Positions 59,894-64,000 of a stretch of DNA of 64,000 bases are shown in pieces; positions within the stretch are counted from its first letter, which is position 1, and the number at the start of each line of letters is the position of its first letter. The notes beneath the pieces were generated by a model that saw only the letters and a list, made by a program, of their open reading frames with translations, had not been told where the DNA came from and searched no databases. Origin of the DNA: Flavobacterium sp. (GTDB lineage Bacteria; Bacteroidota; Bacteroidia; Flavobacteriales; Flavobacteriaceae); contig JBEBUC010000009.1 in the NCBI GenBank assembly GCA_040393465.1, positions 10,979 to 74,978 on the forward strand. The letters run 5' to 3'. Both the position numbers and the translations under genes were made by a program.

Positions 59894-61186
59894 ATGGAAA
59901 GCATACAAGCCATCAAACAGCGCTTCGAAATTATTGGAAACGACCCAAAATTGAATCGCGCTATAGAAAAAGCCATCCAAGTTGCCCCAACTGATATTTC
60001 GGTTTTGGTTACCGGAGAAAGTGGTGTAGGAAAAGAGAGTATTCCCAAAATTATTCATGCTTTATCGCATCGAAAACACGGAAAATACATAGCCGTAAAC
60101 TGCGGTGCGATTCCGGAAGGAACCATCGACAGCGAACTATTCGGTCATGAGAAAGGCGCATTTACTGGTGCCATTGGCACTCGAGAGGGCTATTTTGAAG
60201 TGGCCGATGGAGGAACTATTTTTTTAGATGAAGTAGGCGAACTACCACTCACGACACAAGTCCGCTTATTGCGGGTACTTGAAAACGGTGAATTCATCAA
60301 AGTGGGTTCTTCAAAAGTACAGAAAACCGACATACGTATCATCGCTGCCACCAATGTCAAGATGATTGAAGCCATTGAAAAAGGAAAATTCCGGGAAGAT
60401 TTATACTACCGTTTAAGTACAGTGGAAATCTTACTACCTCCACTTCGAGAGCGTGGCGATGATATTCATTTGTTGTTTCGGAAATTTGCTGCAGATTTTG
60501 CACACAAATACAAAATGCCTCCGATTCGCTTAGACGAACAAGCAGCACAATATTTAATTCGCTTTCGCTGGGATGGAAACATTCGTCAGTTGCGAAATGT
60601 AGCCGAGCAGATTTCGGTATTAGAAACGGAAAGAGTGATTACACTCGCTGTACTACAAGGTTATTTACCTACACACCGCAATCAATTACCCTCTGTAGTT
60701 GGAGGTAAAAAATCGGATAGCGAATTCAGCAATGAACGTGAAATTCTTTACAAGGTCCTTTTTGACATGAAAAACGATCTAAATGACCTCAAGAAACTCA
60801 CTTTGGAATTGATGAAAAACGAAAGTGTAGTTAAAGTTCAAGAAACGAATAAAAATCTAATACAACGCATATACGGGCAGCACGACGACACGAAGCCCAC
60901 TACACCCACAACTTATACCTCCGAGCAAAATGTTCAAAACGTTCCTATGTTACCGATGGAAAAACACGGTACCGATCTGGATTTTGACGAAGATGACTAC
61001 GAAAATGAGCATTATTTAATAGCCGAAACCGTAGAAGAAGAAGAAACACTTCGCTTGGATGAAAAGGAAATTCAGTTGATAAAAAAAGCATTAGAACGCA
61101 ACCACGGCAAGCGAAAAGCTGCTGCGGATGAATTGGGTATCTCCGAGCGAACCTTATATAGAAAAATAAAACAATACGATTTATAA
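59894..61186 (+). CDS. Sigma54-dependent enhancer-binding AAA+ regulator with Fis-type HTH and no N-terminal sensor domain
   Basis: GESGVGKE, GAFTGA, FLDEVGE, FREDLYYRL, WDGNIRQL, AAADELGISERTLYRK. Confidence 0.93.
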   Translation: MESIQAIKQRFEIIGNDPKLNRAIEKAIQVAPTDISVLVTGESGVGKESIPKIIHALSHRKHGKYIAVNCGAIPEGTIDSELFGHEKGAFTGAIGTREGYFEVADGGTIFLDEVGELPLTTQVRLLRVLENGEFIKVGSSKVQKTDIRIIAATNVKMIEAIEKGKFREDLYYRLSTVEILLPPLRERGDDIHLLFRKFAADFAHKYKMPPIRLDEQAAQYLIRFRWDGNIRQLRNVAEQISVLETERVITLAVLQGYLPTHRNQLPSVVGGKKSDSEFSNEREILYKVLFDMKNDLNDLKKLTLELMKNESVVKVQETNKNLIQRIYGQHDDTKPTTPTTYTSEQNVQNVPMLPMEKHGTDLDFDEDDYENEHYLIAETVEEEETLRLDEKEIQLIKKALERNHGKRKAAADELGISERTLYRKIKQYDL

Positions 61187-61199
61187 ACCTAGAGTACTT

Positions 61200-61703
61200 A
61201 TGAAAATTAAAAGCTTCCTTCTGCTGTTTATCTGTTGTTCTGTATTGAGCAGCTGTAAATATTACAATTTTACAGGTACTGGAAAAATCGATGCCAACAC
61301 CTTTCAAGTAAATTATTTTCAAAATACTGCGGCATTTGTAGAACCGGGTATCGAAAGAACTTTTACTTTAGCCTTACAAGATTTGATTCAAAATCAAACC
61401 AATTTGAGTTTGACCAATACTGGCGGAGATTTGACCTATGAAGGAGAAATTGTAGATTTTCGAATTTCGCCTATGACAGCTACAGCCGATCAAAGGGCCG
61501 CTCAAAACCGATTATACATTTCGATTAACGTTCGCTTTATCAATAAAAATACGCCTGAGGATGATTTTGAAAAGCGCTTTTCGCATTTTTATGATTTTCC
61601 GGCAAACGACCAATTGGTCGGATCAAAACTAACCACCGCTTTAGATGAAATCTACGAGCGTATTACTCAAGATATATTCAACGCATCACTGGCAAAGTGG
61701 TAA
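61200..61703 (+). CDS. lptE: LPS assembly lipoprotein LptE family
   Basis: Lipobox LSSC, YNFTG, LTYEGEIVDFRI, QDIFNASLAKW; typical Bacteroidetes context. Confidence 0.75.
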   Translation: MKIKSFLLLFICCSVLSSCKYYNFTGTGKIDANTFQVNYFQNTAAFVEPGIERTFTLALQDLIQNQTNLSLTNTGGDLTYEGEIVDFRISPMTATADQRAAQNRLYISINVRFINKNTPEDDFEKRFSHFYDFPANDQLVGSKLTTALDEIYERITQDIFNASLAKW

Positions 61704-61718
61704 CTAAAACACGGTATT

Positions 61719-62576
61719 TTGAACACGATTGACATACATAGCTTATTGCATCATCCCGAAAAGATGACACCAGAAAACACGGTACAATTGGAACAAATTG
61801 TTCGAGAATACCCCTATTTTCAATCGATTAAAGTACTGGTTCTAAAAGGTCTTTACCAACAAAAAAGTTTTCGATATAATACGGAACTTAAAAAAACAGC
61901 TGCCTATACTAGTGATAGAGATGTACTTTTCGACTTTATAGTATCCGATCATTTTGTAGGATACAAACCTTTGGATGTAGCCTTGGATCTACCGCAACCA
62001 ATTGAAGAGCCGTTAAGCTCTACAGCTGCCCAAGTCCAAAATACGCCTTTAATAGCCTCGCTTTTAAAAACCATACCAGAGCCAAAACCGGAGTTAATCG
62101 ATAGCGAAATCCCTGCTTCCACCCCTGCTCCCGAACCAAACAATTCCATACAAGAGCTAGAAGAAAAACTCGAAATCGGACAGCCCTTATCTTTTGCAAC
62201 TGAGGAAAAATATTCCTTTCAAGAGTGGTTGCAATTGGCAAAAACAGGTCCAATTGCAAGGGAAGAAGCTCCGAAATTGCAAATAAATGATGCTGATAAA
62301 CAAAAAAAACAAGAATTAATTAACAAATTCATCGAGACAAATCCGAAGATAGTAGCGACTAAAAATTCCGTTATAACTCCCGTAAATATTGAGGTTTCCG
62401 CCCAAGATAACAGTTATATTATGACCGAAACTCTAGCTAAAATTTATCTCGAACAAAAAAAATATCAAAAAGCGATACAAGCTTATGAGATTTTAATTTT
62501 GAAATATCCAGAAAAAAGTAGTTTCTTTGCAGACCAAATAATAGATATAAAGTCTTTACAACAATATAATAATTAA
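61719..62576 (+). CDS. TPR-containing hypothetical protein
   Basis: EYPYFQS at the N-terminus; C-terminal TETLAKIYLEQKKYQKAIQAYEILILKYPEKS. Confidence 0.8.
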   Translation: MNTIDIHSLLHHPEKMTPENTVQLEQIVREYPYFQSIKVLVLKGLYQQKSFRYNTELKKTAAYTSDRDVLFDFIVSDHFVGYKPLDVALDLPQPIEEPLSSTAAQVQNTPLIASLLKTIPEPKPELIDSEIPASTPAPEPNNSIQELEEKLEIGQPLSFATEEKYSFQEWLQLAKTGPIAREEAPKLQINDADKQKKQELINKFIETNPKIVATKNSVITPVNIEVSAQDNSYIMTETLAKIYLEQKKYQKAIQAYEILILKYPEKSSFFADQIIDIKSLQQYNN

Positions 62577-62582
62577 AAAACA

Positions 62583-62978
62583 ATGAACACATTTACAATA
62601 TTTTTAGTATTAATCGCAATTGTTTGTTTATTACTAATCGTAGTTATCATGGTACAAAACCCTAAAGGTGGAGGTTTGGATTCTTCTTTCGGAGGTTCAA
62701 CGATTGTTGGTGGTGTAAAGAACACGAATAACTTTTTAGACAAGAGTACTTGGACACTTGGAGGTTTATTAATCGTTTTAATATTGTTATCTGGATTAAG
62801 CTTTACAGGTGGATTTGGCGGAGAATCCAAAATATTAGATGAAAGCGCTATATCAACCATGCCAGTTACACAACCCGCAGCAACACAACCTGCAGCAACA
62901 CAACCTGCAGCTACAGCTACAGAAACTCCTGCAGCAAGTACAACAGCACCGACACAACAAGAAGCACCTCAAGAATAA
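62583..62978 (+). CDS. secG: Preprotein translocase subunit SecG
   Basis: Two TM helices, VIMVQNPKGGGL, FLDKSTW; low-complexity tail. Confidence 0.93.
   Translation: MNTFTIFLVLIAIVCLLLIVVIMVQNPKGGGLDSSFGGSTIVGGVKNTNNFLDKSTWTLGGLLIVLILLSGLSFTGGFGGESKILDESAISTMPVTQPAATQPAATQPAATATETPAASTTAPTQQEAPQE
62868..62912 (+). repeat. 15-nt tandem repeat x3 (TQPAA) in the secG tail
   Basis: ACACAACCCGCAGCA / ACACAACCTGCAGCA / ACACAACCTGCAGCT. Confidence 0.9.
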
Positions 62979-63002
62979 AAAATTCTTTTAGTACAATATA
63001 CC

Positions 63003-63031
63003 ATGCCAGCTCTGACAAGCTGGCATTTTTT
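63003..63031 (+). terminator. Terminator after secG
   Basis: ATGCCAGC-TCTGACAA-GCTGGCAT followed by TTTTT. Confidence 0.75.
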
Positions 63032-63056
63032 GTATATATAATGTCAGGTTTGGGCT

Positions 63057-63072
63057 TTGGCACAGTTTATGA
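63057..63072 (+). promoter_or_regulatory. Sigma54-like -24/-12 element upstream of groES
   Basis: TTGGCAC-AGTTT-ATGA: perfect -24 box, correct 12-nt GG-to-G spacing, GA instead of GC at -12. Confidence 0.45.
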
Positions 63073-63124
63073 AAATTCAAGACTTGGAGATATAATAATA
63101 TTAACTTCATAAAAATAAGAAATT

Positions 63125-63400
63125 ATGGCATTAAACATTAAGCCCCTTTCGGATCGTGTTCTAATCGAACCTTTACCAGCTGAAACCAAAACAGCTTCAG
63201 GAATTTTTATCCCCGATACTGCCAAAGAAAAACCTCAAAGAGGTATTGTTGTAGCAGTAGGAAATGGTAATAAAGACCACGATATGACAGTTAATGTAGG
63301 TGATACAGTTCTTTATGGAAAATACGCAGGAACCGAATTAAAATTGGAAGGTAAAGATTACCTAATCATGCGTGAAGACGACATTTTAGCGATTGTATAA
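63125..63400 (+). CDS. groES: Co-chaperonin GroES
   Basis: [41 protein letters not shown]. Confidence 0.98.
   Translation: MALNIKPLSDRVLIEPLPAETKTASGIFIPDTAKEKPQRGIVVAVGNGNKDHDMTVNVGDTVLYGKYAGTELKLEGKDYLIMREDDILAIV

Positions 63401-64000
<600 letters not shown>

Overview
Chromosomal segment of an AT-rich Flavobacteriaceae bacterium (Flavobacterium/Myroides-like; inferred from gldKLMN, susC/susD, a T9SS C-terminal sorting domain and Bacteroidetes TAnnTTTG promoters). Most of the window is housekeeping: cystathionine beta-synthase, rnhB, lipB, lysS, hemL, hutU, alaS, der, era, two tRNA-fMet, an ABC-F ATPase, gldKLMN, topA, miaB, lptE, secG and groES/groEL. No integrase, transposase, prophage gene or CRISPR array was seen. 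The main accessory feature is a ~7.8 kb + strand copper-handling locus (14517-22311): Sco, Cys-motif ORF 1, AraC, Cys-motif ORF 2, a YtkA-like lipoprotein, an OprC-type TonB receptor, MbnP and an MbnH-like di-heme protein. The two Cys-motif ORFs share DYI-x4-C-x-N-x7-CNG-x-C-x-L-x-KEL. Both end in F-x-P-P-x3-stop with a hairpin over the stop codon, which suggests Bacteroidetes copper-sensing ribosome-arrest leaders analogous to CruR/CutF (inference). Other points of interest are a non-canonical heme-2 distal site in the MbnH-like protein, an arginase-fold protein missing metal ligands next to gldK, a sigma54-like promoter before groES near a sensor-less sigma54 activator, a Flavo-1-like RNA, and a likely gene remnant beside an Ig-repeat surface lipoprotein. 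All family calls come from motif recognition by eye; no database search was run.
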